Position numbers and translations under genes: made by a program
Shown here: positions 1 through 6,632 of the stretch, in pieces
Layout: each line of letters starts with the position of its first letter
How positions within the stretch are numbered: position 1 is the first letter of the stretch
Notes under the pieces: generated by a model
Database searches by the model: none
The model's input: only the letters and a program-made list of their open reading frames with translations
What the model was told of the DNA's origin: nothing
Virus record (IMG/VR): IMGVR_UViG_3300046781_000048
Length of the DNA: 48,344 nt
Source of the DNA: a virus
Direction: 5' to 3' (one strand)

Positions 1-127
1 CAGCAGAGTAGTCTGCGAAGTACTCTGCATCAGTGTCGCCAGGGCGCAGCGTAAGAAAGGTCATGATGGATCGCACTGCGGTATCGGAGTCGATCGCGCA
101 GTGAACCCAGACGAAGGCGCCATCGCG
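1..127. repeat. Terminal overlap, copy 1 (identical to 48218..48344)
   Basis: Direct comparison of the first and last 127 bases shows identity. Confidence 0.95.
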
Positions 128-292
128 CGACGTCGCGCTAAAGATCGACTGACCTTCGCTGCGCAGCTCGTAGCCCAGGGCGAAGCGCCCTGCGCTGTCA
201 GTCTCCTGACCATCGTAGATATGCAGCGTGAAAATCGGGCCTTGCCCTTTTGCGTAGGGGCTGAATCGAACGGTGCGAACTTTTTCGAACAT
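1..292 (-). CDS. Hypothetical protein, 5-prime part of a junction-spanning ORF (121 aa on the circle)
   Basis: ATG is the reverse complement of cat at 290..292 and the frame stays open to base 1. On the circle it continues through 48217..48144 to a TGA. 292+74 nt = 366 nt, which is in frame. Confidence 0.6.
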   Translation of the reverse strand, partial: MFEKVRTVRFSPYAKGQGPIFTLHIYDGQETDSAGRFALGYELRSEGQSIFSATSRDGAFVWVHCAIDSDTAVRSIMTFLTLRPGDTDAEYFADYSA

Positions 293-366
293 GATATTTT
301 GCGTCCCTTAATCGAGCACTGTCGCTCGGATGAAGGGCCCTTTAAGCAGGGCCCCTCTACCGAACG

Positions 367-663
367 TCAGCGGCGCGTAACGCGTTCGAAAATGCTGCGC
401 TGCTCTGACTCGCTGAACCCATCGAGATGATAGGAGCGGTTTTCGACTGCGCCTGTCCGGTAGTTCGTATCCCAGGCGTAAGCAGTGAACCATACGCCTG
501 CATGAAACCCCGAGCTTGACGGCTCGCAGCCGTAGAGAAAGTCGCCAGCGCTGTCGACGTCGTATTCTGCGCCTTCTTCGTCTCGCCAGCCCCGCTCTGC
601 GACGTCGCCCTGCTCTGCTGATTCGTCCGTAATGATCTCGTAGGTCGTTCGAATGATGCCCAT
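367..663 (-). CDS. Hypothetical protein (98 aa, acidic)
   Basis: Balanced composition, unlike the Arg-rich overlapping frame 308..700. First gene after the divergent junction at 664..896. Confidence 0.55.
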   Translation of the reverse strand: MGIIRTTYEIITDESAEQGDVAERGWRDEEGAEYDVDSAGDFLYGCEPSSSGFHAGVWFTAYAWDTNYRTGAVENRSYHLDGFSESEQRSIFERVTRR

Positions 664-717
664 CTAGGTTCCCTTTCGTCAGGCTCATCTGCCTGACCAA
701 TTAAACCTAGCAGCGGG

Positions 718-728
718 GTAGCTCAGTG
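718..728 (+). promoter_or_regulatory. Degenerate copy of the GTAGTCAGCTGG intergenic motif (GTAGCTCAGTG)
   Basis: Preceded by CAGCGGG, as the 3229 copy is preceded by CAGCGGC. TGACCA lies 18 nt upstream of TAGCTC. Confidence 0.35.
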
Positions 729-837
729 TTGACGAATGCGGCAATAGGCAGCAGCTGCGCTAGCTTACGAACCGTCCAGAATCAGGATCGTGTAGGCAAG
801 CGTAGGGAAATGCCCCGCTCCTTATAGGGGCCCATTT

Positions 838-861
838 GCTTACGCCGCTGCAGGCGTAAGC
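838..861. other. Perfect 9-bp stem hairpin GCTTACGCC-GCTGCA-GGCGTAAGC upstream of the 897 gene
   Basis: Read directly. It lies 22 nt upstream of the AGGAG Shine-Dalgarno. Function unknown (operator or attenuator). Confidence 0.5.
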
Positions 862-896
862 TGGCCATGCTCGCCTAAGAAAAAGGAGTGACGACC

Positions 897-1073
897 ATGA
901 AAGAGAATACGCAGCACGGGAAGCCAGAGGACCCTGGGCAGCCTGGTCCGCCCCCTGGTCATGGGGGCGATAACCCCGGTCATGGTCCGCCGCATACTCC
1001 CCCGGGGCAGGGCGGAGATAACCCCGGTCATGGTCCGCCTAGCGAGCGACCCCCTAAGCCTGAACCGAAATAG
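897..1073 (+). CDS. Small Gly/Pro/His-rich repeat peptide (58 aa)
   Basis: AGGAG lies 8 nt upstream of the ATG at 897. The listed ORF starts at an upstream GTG at 888. Contains GGDNPGHGPP twice, encoded by a 23-bp exact direct repeat. Confidence 0.5.
   Translation: MKENTQHGKPEDPGQPGPPPGHGGDNPGHGPPHTPPGQGGDNPGHGPPSERPPKPEPK
969..1039 (+). repeat. 23-bp exact direct repeat GATAACCCCGGTCATGGTCCGCC (969..991 and 1017..1039)
   Basis: Read directly. The period is 48 bp, or 16 codons, inside the 897..1073 ORF. Confidence 0.9.
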
Positions 1074-1344
1074 ACGCAGCTCTGCGCGCGCCCTCTGCAG
1101 CGATGGATCGGGCTAGCTCCGTATCGATCTGCATCGCTTCGCAGGCGTCCAAAAACTCGCGCCATTCCTCCGCGGTAAGCTGGCCCTGCTCGCTGAACTT
1201 TGCGAGCAGGGCGCGCGCTCTGCGACAGCGGCGCAGTAGTCGCCTCGTTCGCACTAGTCCGCGGATGCAGTAAGCGATGACGAGCAGCGTCGCTGCGTAC
1301 CAGAGCAGCAGCCCGAGCGATTGCGGCGGATGCAGCGCGATCAA
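1054..1344 (-). CDS. Hypothetical membrane protein (one N-terminal TM helix)
   Basis: Hydrophobic LGLLLWYAATLLVIAYCI segment followed by a basic stretch. ATGA overlap with the upstream ORF at 1341..1344. Confidence 0.5.
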   Translation of the reverse strand: MIALHPPQSLGLLLWYAATLLVIAYCIRGLVRTRRLLRRCRRARALLAKFSEQGQLTAEEWREFLDACEAMQIDTELARSIAAEGARRAASISVQA

Positions 1345-1718
1345 TTTGTTCGCGCTTTCTTCAGCGCGCGCATGCGCCCGATTCGATCTAGAAAGTACGA
1401 CGCTGCCAGCGCTGCATCGCTGCGCCTAGTCATCCCTTCGGGTAGATCGTTGCACGTCCCATGACCGCGCAGGCATTCGCCTCGCTGATGGCGCACCGAT
1501 CCATAGGCTAGGCGGATGAAGCAGGGGGCATGGATCGGAGCTTCGGCTGGCTCCCCGTCCATGTCGAAGATAGGAGCGAAGGCGCCATACTCTCCGCCTA
1601 CGAAGGGCTCTCCGCAGTAGCAGCACTCCTGCCCGATCGGGGGTTCGACATGGGGACCAGTGCAGGGCGGACCCCAATATTCAGCGCCAAACCAGCGCAT
1701 GGGGGGATGCATCATCAT
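1341..1718 (-). CDS. Cys-rich hypothetical protein (125 aa)
   Basis: CCYCG ... HAPC ... C ... C pattern suggests zinc binding. Translationally coupled on both sides. Confidence 0.55.
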   Translation of the reverse strand: MMMHPPMRWFGAEYWGPPCTGPHVEPPIGQECCYCGEPFVGGEYGAFAPIFDMDGEPAEAPIHAPCFIRLAYGSVRHQRGECLRGHGTCNDLPEGMTRRSDAALAASYFLDRIGRMRALKKARTN

Positions 1719-1966
1719 GACCCCTCGAATAGTACTTCATCGTAGCGCTCGACCTGATGCCCATGCGCAACAACTAGCATCCCTTCTTCTGTCTCAAGAT
1801 AGGCAGCGATGCAGGCGCCATGCAAACCCCCGTCCCATTCTTCGCAGAAATGGTCTGCCCCTCGCGCGCCGCACTGCAGGCAAGCGAGATCCTTTCGCGA
1901 GATGATCTCCGTTGCATCGATGATGAGACCGTTGGGCCCTATCGGCCAAATCCCTCCGCATGGCAT
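1715..1966 (-). CDS. Cys-rich hypothetical protein (83 aa)
   Basis: CLQCG ... HFC ... HGAC pattern. 4-nt overlap with the downstream gene. Confidence 0.55.
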   Translation of the reverse strand: MPCGGIWPIGPNGLIIDATEIISRKDLACLQCGARGADHFCEEWDGGLHGACIAAYLETEEGMLVVAHGHQVERYDEVLFEGS

Positions 1967-1976
1967 AGCTACCCCC

Positions 1977-2216
1977 TTAGTGCATTTCGCCCCGTTCGTT
2001 CTCTGTCTCTAACCATTGGATAACGAGGCGCCTAGCTGCAGCGTCCCGTATGTTCGATGCCATTGCTAGATGGCCATCCTGGTCTGCAGCCATGATGATG
2101 CAGGCTAAGCGAGGTTCCCCTATGTCTGCAGCGAGCATCGTAGCGCGCGTTATCAGCTCGACTTTCGCCTCGAACTTCGGGCTGCGCTTTTTCGCTAGCT
2201 TCTTCTTCTTCGTCAT
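1977..2216 (-). CDS. Hypothetical protein with a Lys-rich N-terminus (79 aa)
   Basis: ORF in the operon frame. ATGA overlap with the upstream ORF at 2213..2216. Confidence 0.5.
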   Translation of the reverse strand: MTKKKKLAKKRSPKFEAKVELITRATMLAADIGEPRLACIIMAADQDGHLAMASNIRDAAARRLVIQWLETENERGEMH

Positions 2217-2419
2217 TGGTCGCGCTGCCGGGTATTAACCTCGAACGCCCCCCCAAATCCCATAGGTCCCCGCTGCCCTAGTCGAATGTAGAGCAGCAGC
2301 CACTCTGCCGTTCGGAAAAGAGCATGCCCACTAGCGCGATCGGGCGACTCGCCATCGAGCCTAGAGACGTCGACGCATGTCCATTCTCCGCGCAACCGGT
2401 AGCGGATTCGAAAGATCAT
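2213..2419 (-). CDS. Hypothetical protein (68 aa)
   Basis: I chose the internal ATG at 2419 because AAGGGGG lies 6 nt upstream. The listed ORF extends to 2518. Confidence 0.45.
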   Translation of the reverse strand: MIFRIRYRLRGEWTCVDVSRLDGESPDRASGHALFRTAEWLLLYIRLGQRGPMGFGGAFEVNTRQRDQ

Positions 2420-2567
2420 CAGCGCCCCCTTCGGAGGCAGCAGCGATCGAATGCTGCTGCCTCTCTTTCGTTCTGCGCGATGGCCAGGGGCGCAGCGGAT
2501 CGCCTGTCGCCTTCGCATGAAGCCTGCTTAGCTTGCGCTGCGTTCGCCTCTTGAAGTCCCCCATGGG

Positions 2568-2888
2568 CTAGTACCTCGATGCGCCCTTGATGCCCAGCTT
2601 GAAAACCTCGCCCTCTTTGAGGCGATAGGTCTCATCTGCAACCAGATGGTCATGCATGAAAGAACAGTAGGCGATAGCGTCCGAATGCTCCGTTACCTTC
2701 TCCTGCTGTTCGTCGATCGGATTGCGCCCGCTGCCCCTTGCTTCCCTCGCGTCGCTCCCCATCGCTTCGCGCAGCAGTTCGAGCTGGCGACGATGGACGG
2801 CTAGGCGCTCCGTATGATGCTCGATGCGCCTTCGAAATGCGTCTTTTACCTCTGCCGCTGGTACGTCTACATGCAGCCCTTCGATCAT
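2568..2888 (-). CDS. Hypothetical protein, paralogue B of a tandem pair (106 aa)
   Basis: The start at 2888 forms an ATGA overlap with the stop of 2885..3190. Shares the M-x-EGL ... RIE ... AVHRR-L-LL ... IAYC ... pattern with its neighbour. Confidence 0.55.
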   Translation of the reverse strand: MIEGLHVDVPAAEVKDAFRRRIEHHTERLAVHRRQLELLREAMGSDAREARGSGRNPIDEQQEKVTEHSDAIAYCSFMHDHLVADETYRLKEGEVFKLGIKGASRY

Positions 2889-3190
2889 GCTGCCCCCCCT
2901 TCTGCGCCTAGCTTCCTTACCCTGCCCCCTGCGATCCTGAACGTCGCTTCGTCCGTATCGACGATCGATAGGACGAAGGCGCAGTGCGCGATCGTATCGG
3001 CCCCCTCTTCGATTTGCTCGATACAATACGCGATGCCCATCGCGTTCTCTTGCATCGCACTGGGCTGCGACATCAGCAGCTTTAGCAGCCTGCGATGTAC
3101 TGCGATTTGTACCGTCTGACGCTCGATGCGACTGCGCAGCGTGCTGCGAACTTCGATCCCTCGGAAGTCTTCTGCTAGCCCCTCAGTCAT
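2885..3190 (-). CDS. Hypothetical protein, paralogue A of a tandem pair (101 aa)
   Basis: First gene leftward of the divergent junction 3191..3331. Alignable by eye to 2568..2888. Confidence 0.55.
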   Translation of the reverse strand: MTEGLAEDFRGIEVRSTLRSRIERQTVQIAVHRRLLKLLMSQPSAMQENAMGIAYCIEQIEEGADTIAHCAFVLSIVDTDEATFRIAGGRVRKLGAEGGAA

Positions 3191-3228
3191 TTTTGCCCGT
3201 CCCCTTCTGACCCCGCGTTACCAGCGGC

Positions 3229-3246
3229 GTAGTCAGCTGGCAACTA
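3229..3246 (+). promoter_or_regulatory. GTAGTCAGCTGGCAACTA motif, copy identical to 46666..46683
   Basis: 18/18 identity read directly. Intergenic. Followed by ATTACGCG at 3251..3258. Confidence 0.45.
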
Positions 3247-3313
3247 TTAATTACGCGACTCGCTAGGACGCAGGGCGGACAGTCCGCCGCTTGACATCGC
3301 TCCGCCCTAAGGC

Positions 3314-3325
3314 GTAGTCAGCTGG
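3314..3325 (+). promoter_or_regulatory. GTAGTCAGCTGG motif copy 6 nt upstream of the ATG at 3332
   Basis: TTGACA at 3291..3296 lies 18 nt upstream of the embedded TAGTCA. Confidence 0.45.
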
Positions 3326-3331
3326 AATCTG

Positions 3332-3562
3332 ATGGAGCCTAAGAACTTTCGAAAGCCTGTTCTTTGCGTGCGTCATGAATTTTTGCGCCGCTGCAGTGAT
3401 AGCCCATTCAAGGTTCACTGCGTCGTCTGCGGCGGAGTGCTGCTAGTGGCGCGCGCGATGCCTAGCACTTTGCTGCGCCGCTGCGATTGTTGCTCGCGAT
3501 GCGGGCAGCGTTACTTCTACCTTGACCAAACGATCGGCGGAGAACCGTTAGAGGGGGATTGA
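3332..3562 (+). CDS. Zinc-ribbon-like hypothetical protein (76 aa)
   Basis: CVVCGG ... CDCCSRCG cysteine pairs. First gene of a four-gene plus-strand operon. Confidence 0.5.
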   Translation: MEPKNFRKPVLCVRHEFLRRCSDSPFKVHCVVCGGVLLVARAMPSTLLRRCDCCSRCGQRYFYLDQTIGGEPLEGD

Positions 3563-3777
3563 TGACCGTCGCGAAGGGGTCAGAGCTAGCGCCCGATGGG
3601 CAGATCTACGTATGCGCCGCATGTGGCAAGCGCGCGCGCAGTCGCTTCGGATTTGATGCGATGGGACGTCCGACCAGGATCGATCCTGGCTGGGCCCCAT
3701 CCTGCATGCTGCATGCTGTCCTCTGCTACGCAGAGAAAAAGGGCGGAACCTGGATCGCAGTGGAAGAAGAATCATGA
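3559..3777 (+). CDS. Cys-containing hypothetical protein (72 aa)
   Basis: 4-nt overlap with both neighbours. CAACGK motif. Confidence 0.5.
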   Translation: MMTVAKGSELAPDGQIYVCAACGKRARSRFGFDAMGRPTRIDPGWAPSCMLHAVLCYAEKKGGTWIAVEEES

Positions 3778-4412
3778 AGCTCTGCCCGCATTGCAGTCAG
3801 GTCTACGACCGTCCCGAAGATGACGCGACAGACGCTGCGCATCCTGCATGGTGGCGCGGTCATGATCATGGATCGCTGAAGGTCGCAGAGCTTCTCTTTC
3901 GCGTCTGCCTCGAAGGCGCGACGGTCGGAGCGCACTACGCTGCGCCTGTCGCGCAGGTCGTTCTAGCAATCGAAGCGCTGCGATCGCTGACGCGCGCGCA
4001 TGACACTGCCCTGCGCGAATGGCAGGATGAAGCAGCGGAGCAGCTCGGGCGAGTGATCGAACTAGAGAAGCTAATCGACGAAGTCGATGGCGCCCCCCTA
4101 GAGCTAACAGTCGACCAGCTAGCGCGCATTGCAGCCCGCATGGAAAGTATCTGCAGCGCGCGCCTTCGGGCGATGGGTCGCGCGCATGGGCTGCAGAGCA
4201 GGAGCGCTCGACCCGTGGCTAAGGTTTGGTTCAGTCACTCGATATGCCGCGCATGCTGGGACAAGCGCAACCCTAACCGCGAACCTGCGCGTGTGATCGG
4301 GCAGCCGATCAATCGATGCTGCTTCTGCGGAGGCTATGCGATCGACGGGATTTTCGTTCGCGAACATGTCGACGCAGCGCCGTTCTGCGAGTGTCCAGAG
4401 CAGCAGAGATGA
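3774..4412 (+). CDS. Hypothetical protein with N- and C-terminal Cys clusters (212 aa)
   Basis: CPHCS at the N-terminus. SHSICRACW ... CCFCGG ... CEC at the C-terminus, with a helical middle. Confidence 0.55.
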   Translation: MKLCPHCSQVYDRPEDDATDAAHPAWWRGHDHGSLKVAELLFRVCLEGATVGAHYAAPVAQVVLAIEALRSLTRAHDTALREWQDEAAEQLGRVIELEKLIDEVDGAPLELTVDQLARIAARMESICSARLRAMGRAHGLQSRSARPVAKVWFSHSICRACWDKRNPNREPARVIGQPINRCCFCGGYAIDGIFVREHVDAAPFCECPEQQR

Positions 4413-4550
4413 CGTCGCGCGCTGCGAAAAAAGACCGGGGATTTTCGTTCGCAAAATGATGTTGGCATGCTCCGTGCCGAGTAGAATATAACATTGCCCC
4501 CCGAGAAAAACCGCCTAAAGGCTGCGCGTCGACAGCCGTACATAAAGGGC

Positions 4551-4796
4551 ATGACCAGCCAAGCCAAGCGATTCGAAACCCGGGGCGTTCTCGCTGGCGC
4601 GTATGCCGAAAAAAACCCGAAGTCGTTCCTAACGCACGCTGTCCAGGTTGACGCTAGCGGGTCCGACGTCGCGGTGCTCTGCAGCCGGGTCGACCTAGAT
4701 AATCTGGTCGACTCCTACGGGATGAGCGCGACGGAAAGCGCAGCCGTCCCGACCTGTAAAATGTGCGCTGCGCGCCTGGCGAAAATCGCGCAGTAA
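4551..4796 (+). CDS. Hypothetical protein (81 aa)
   Basis: The ATG at 4551 follows AAAGGG. The listed ORF begins at 4494. C-terminal CKMC pair. Confidence 0.45.
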   Translation: MTSQAKRFETRGVLAGAYAEKNPKSFLTHAVQVDASGSDVAVLCSRVDLDNLVDSYGMSATESAAVPTCKMCAARLAKIAQ

Positions 4797-4882
4797 AAAA
4801 GGGGGAGGCGCAGCGCGCGCGCCATTCCGCGCGGCATGGTCTATGCCAACATCAATCGCGCGACGAAAAAAATCCGACGATT

Positions 4883-5350
4883 TTAGATAACGCCGTAGGC
4901 GCCGATCAAATCGACGAAGATCGCTGCGCGCGCCTTGACCCGATGGTCATCGATTGGCGCTCCTACGAAGCGAGCGAAGACCCGTTCCATCTGCCCCCCT
5001 ACGCGCAGGCGCAGTAGGCCGATCGTTCGCGCTGCGAGCTGCGTCGATAGCCGGTTATTGCGGCAGACTTCGAACCGGCTATGCCCGTCCAGCCAATGTG
5101 CGTGCAGCTGATAGAGCCCGAAGGCTTTACCTGCGTCGCATTCCCAGCGCTCGCACTGGCAGCGCTCGATCTTCGCTCTGAAGTGCGATTCGATCGCAGC
5201 CGTAGCGACGAGAGCTAGCCCGGTTTCGATGTCGTCTGCAGCGTAGGCGATGTCGTCTGCGTAGCGCGCGTATCGATCGCGAGCAGCATCGTCCGGGGCA
5301 GGGGGCGCGACGCTGACGATGGCTGCGAGAACGACTGCGACGGGTATCAT
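4883..5350 (-). CDS. Endolysin, lytic transglycosylase (SLT-like) with a hydrophobic N-terminus
   Basis: AAIESHF (catalytic Glu-Ser) and GLYQL motifs resemble the SLT family. N-terminal MIPVAVVLAAIVSVA could be a signal or SAR anchor. Last gene of the late operon. Confidence 0.65.
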   Translation of the reverse strand: MIPVAVVLAAIVSVAPPAPDDAARDRYARYADDIAYAADDIETGLALVATAAIESHFRAKIERCQCERWECDAGKAFGLYQLHAHWLDGHSRFEVCRNNRLSTQLAARTIGLLRLRVGGQMERVFARFVGAPIDDHRVKARAAIFVDLIGAYGVI

Positions 5351-5517
5351 TGCTCGCCCCCAGCGTCCCGTAAAAGCTTCGGGTCGACTACGATCGTTGT
5401 CGCTTCGCGCGGCGCAATGACGACGGTCGGGGGGCAGAATTCAGCGCCCAATTTGAAGCAGCCGATCGCTACGACTGCGACCGCTGCAGCGACCATGACC
5501 AGCATATGGATCTGCAT
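5347..5517 (-). CDS. Unlisted 56-aa membrane/lipobox-like protein (holin or spanin candidate)
   Basis: My own translation is MQIHMLVMVAAAVAVVAIGCFKLGAEFCPP.... GGGGGG SD lies upstream. The stop forms an ATGA overlap with the endolysin start. Confidence 0.4.
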   Translation of the reverse strand: MQIHMLVMVAAAVAVVAIGCFKLGAEFCPPTVVIAPREATTIVVDPKLLRDAGGEQ

Positions 5518-5530
5518 TTGCGCCCCCCAT

Positions 5531-5863
5531 TCATGGTTCAGGGGGCGGAGGATTGATCAGCAAATAGATCGCATCCATCATAGCGCTCTGCGCTTGCCCC
5601 TTCGCAGCCTGCGCCGCGGATGCAGTTTCCTGCTTCCCCTTCGACACTTGCCCAGAGTCGACGACAGCCTGCAGAAGCGGAGTCAGCTTCGCAGTGTCCG
5701 TCTCTCCATCGTTGACAACTGCTTCCCAGGCTTGGTTTGCTTCGAATGCGCGCGCGCTCGCTGTCGTAGCGAGCGCGTACGCTTCATCGCTCGCTGCTTT
5801 GCTCTGCTGGTAGGCTGTAGTCTTCGCTAAAACGTCGTCGATTTCCGGCTGCGTAAGAGGCAT
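5531..5863 (-). CDS. Hypothetical Ala-rich protein (110 aa) between the fibre genes and the lysis genes
   Basis: ORF in operon order. No TM segment and no recognisable motif. Confidence 0.5.
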   Translation of the reverse strand: MPLTQPEIDDVLAKTTAYQQSKAASDEAYALATTASARAFEANQAWEAVVNDGETDTAKLTPLLQAVVDSGQVSKGKQETASAAQAAKGQAQSAMMDAIYLLINPPPPEP

Positions 5864-5882
5864 TGCGATTACTCCACCTTTC

Positions 5883-6626
5883 TTAGGCTATGGCGATCCC
5901 ATGCCAAGCCTTCATGTAGCGGCGGATCCTTCCCGCTGCAGTTTTGGATAGCGCGTTACCGTAAAATGCAAGCTCTGCATAGGCTGAATTGCAGTACTGC
6001 ACTCCGCTCCAATCTCCGCCGATTGCAGCCGGATTTGTGCGCAGCGGATAGCCTGTCCCTGTATTGCGATTGACTACGGTTCCATTAACGCCCATGTCGA
6101 CGTCATTGGCAGCGCGATCGATTATCTCGACAATCGCTAGGGTCGTAGGAATAGGAAGACCTGACGAGACCCCGAGATTTATATATGCATGGAATGCATT
6201 GACGGACGCCATGCGCGAGAGATAGCCCTTCTCTCGCGTGACGAAGAATGTGCTTTCTGGCGTCGTATCCGTGATTTTATTTAGCACCCCGAAAAAGGTC
6301 GACGGTCCAGCGGTCGCGCCTCCCACCGTAAGATTCACGAGAAACTGTAGAAGATCGTCGACGCCATCGAACGTCATCGTAGGTCGTCCCCTTGGTCCTC
6401 CGCCTGGCGATTGATAGGTCGGTCGTCTCGTCGTAGTCACTTGCGTATCTGTGTGATTGCTCGACCCGCTCAAATCGTTAAGCGAAGCGACCGCGCCCGA
6501 TACCACGACGGGCGACCTATCGAGGCGCGCCCAAAACCCGGACGGACCGAATGCGAATCGTCTGGGATTCCCTCTCTCGAGATCAGAAATCCCGCAGCCC
6601 CTTCGTCTTCCCGATCGCAGCGGCAT
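5883..6626 (-). CDS. LamG/concanavalin-like jelly-roll protein, tail-fibre associated
   Basis: The DLSGSSNHTDTQ ... RPTY ... TFDGVDDLL pattern is typical of LamG-type domains (by eye). GGAG upstream of the ATG at 6626. Confidence 0.5.
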   Translation of the reverse strand: MPLRSGRRRGCGISDLERGNPRRFAFGPSGFWARLDRSPVVVSGAVASLNDLSGSSNHTDTQVTTTRRPTYQSPGGGPRGRPTMTFDGVDDLLQFLVNLTVGGATAGPSTFFGVLNKITDTTPESTFFVTREKGYLSRMASVNAFHAYINLGVSSGLPIPTTLAIVEIIDRAANDVDMGVNGTVVNRNTGTGYPLRTNPAAIGGDWSGVQYCNSAYAELAFYGNALSKTAAGRIRRYMKAWHGIAIA

Positions 6627-6632
6627 GGTCGA

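Noticed and set aside
1-127. Terminal 127-bp repeat as a biological direct terminal repeat or cos-type end.
   Set aside because: The length equals a common maximum assembler k-mer, an ORF reads through the junction, and Mu-like head modules generally package by headful. It is more likely an assembly overlap, though I cannot exclude the alternative without reads.
308-700. Listed 130-aa minus-strand ORF.
   Set aside because: It is an Arg-rich alternative frame of the better-looking 367..663 ORF.
3238-3258. TGGCA inside the motif (AGCTGGCAACTATTAATTA) as a sigma-54 -24/-12 promoter.
   Set aside because: There is no TTGC(A/T) element at the required spacing in either the 3229 or the 46666 copy.
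3221-3300. The GTAGTCAGCTGGCAACTA motif looks like a tRNA D-arm (TAGT stem, CAGCTGGCA loop), so I tested whether the copies at 3229, 46666 and 718 are tRNA genes.
   Set aside because: Downstream sequence does not fold into anticodon or T arms. There is no GTTCGAATC-type T-loop and no complementary acceptor strand. I treat it as a regulatory or repeat motif instead.
4797-4882. Bidirectional terminator between the convergent plus-strand operon and the endolysin gene.
   Set aside because: Only weak, short GC palindromes are present (GGCATGGTCTATGCC) with no convincing stem plus U-tract, so I did not call it.
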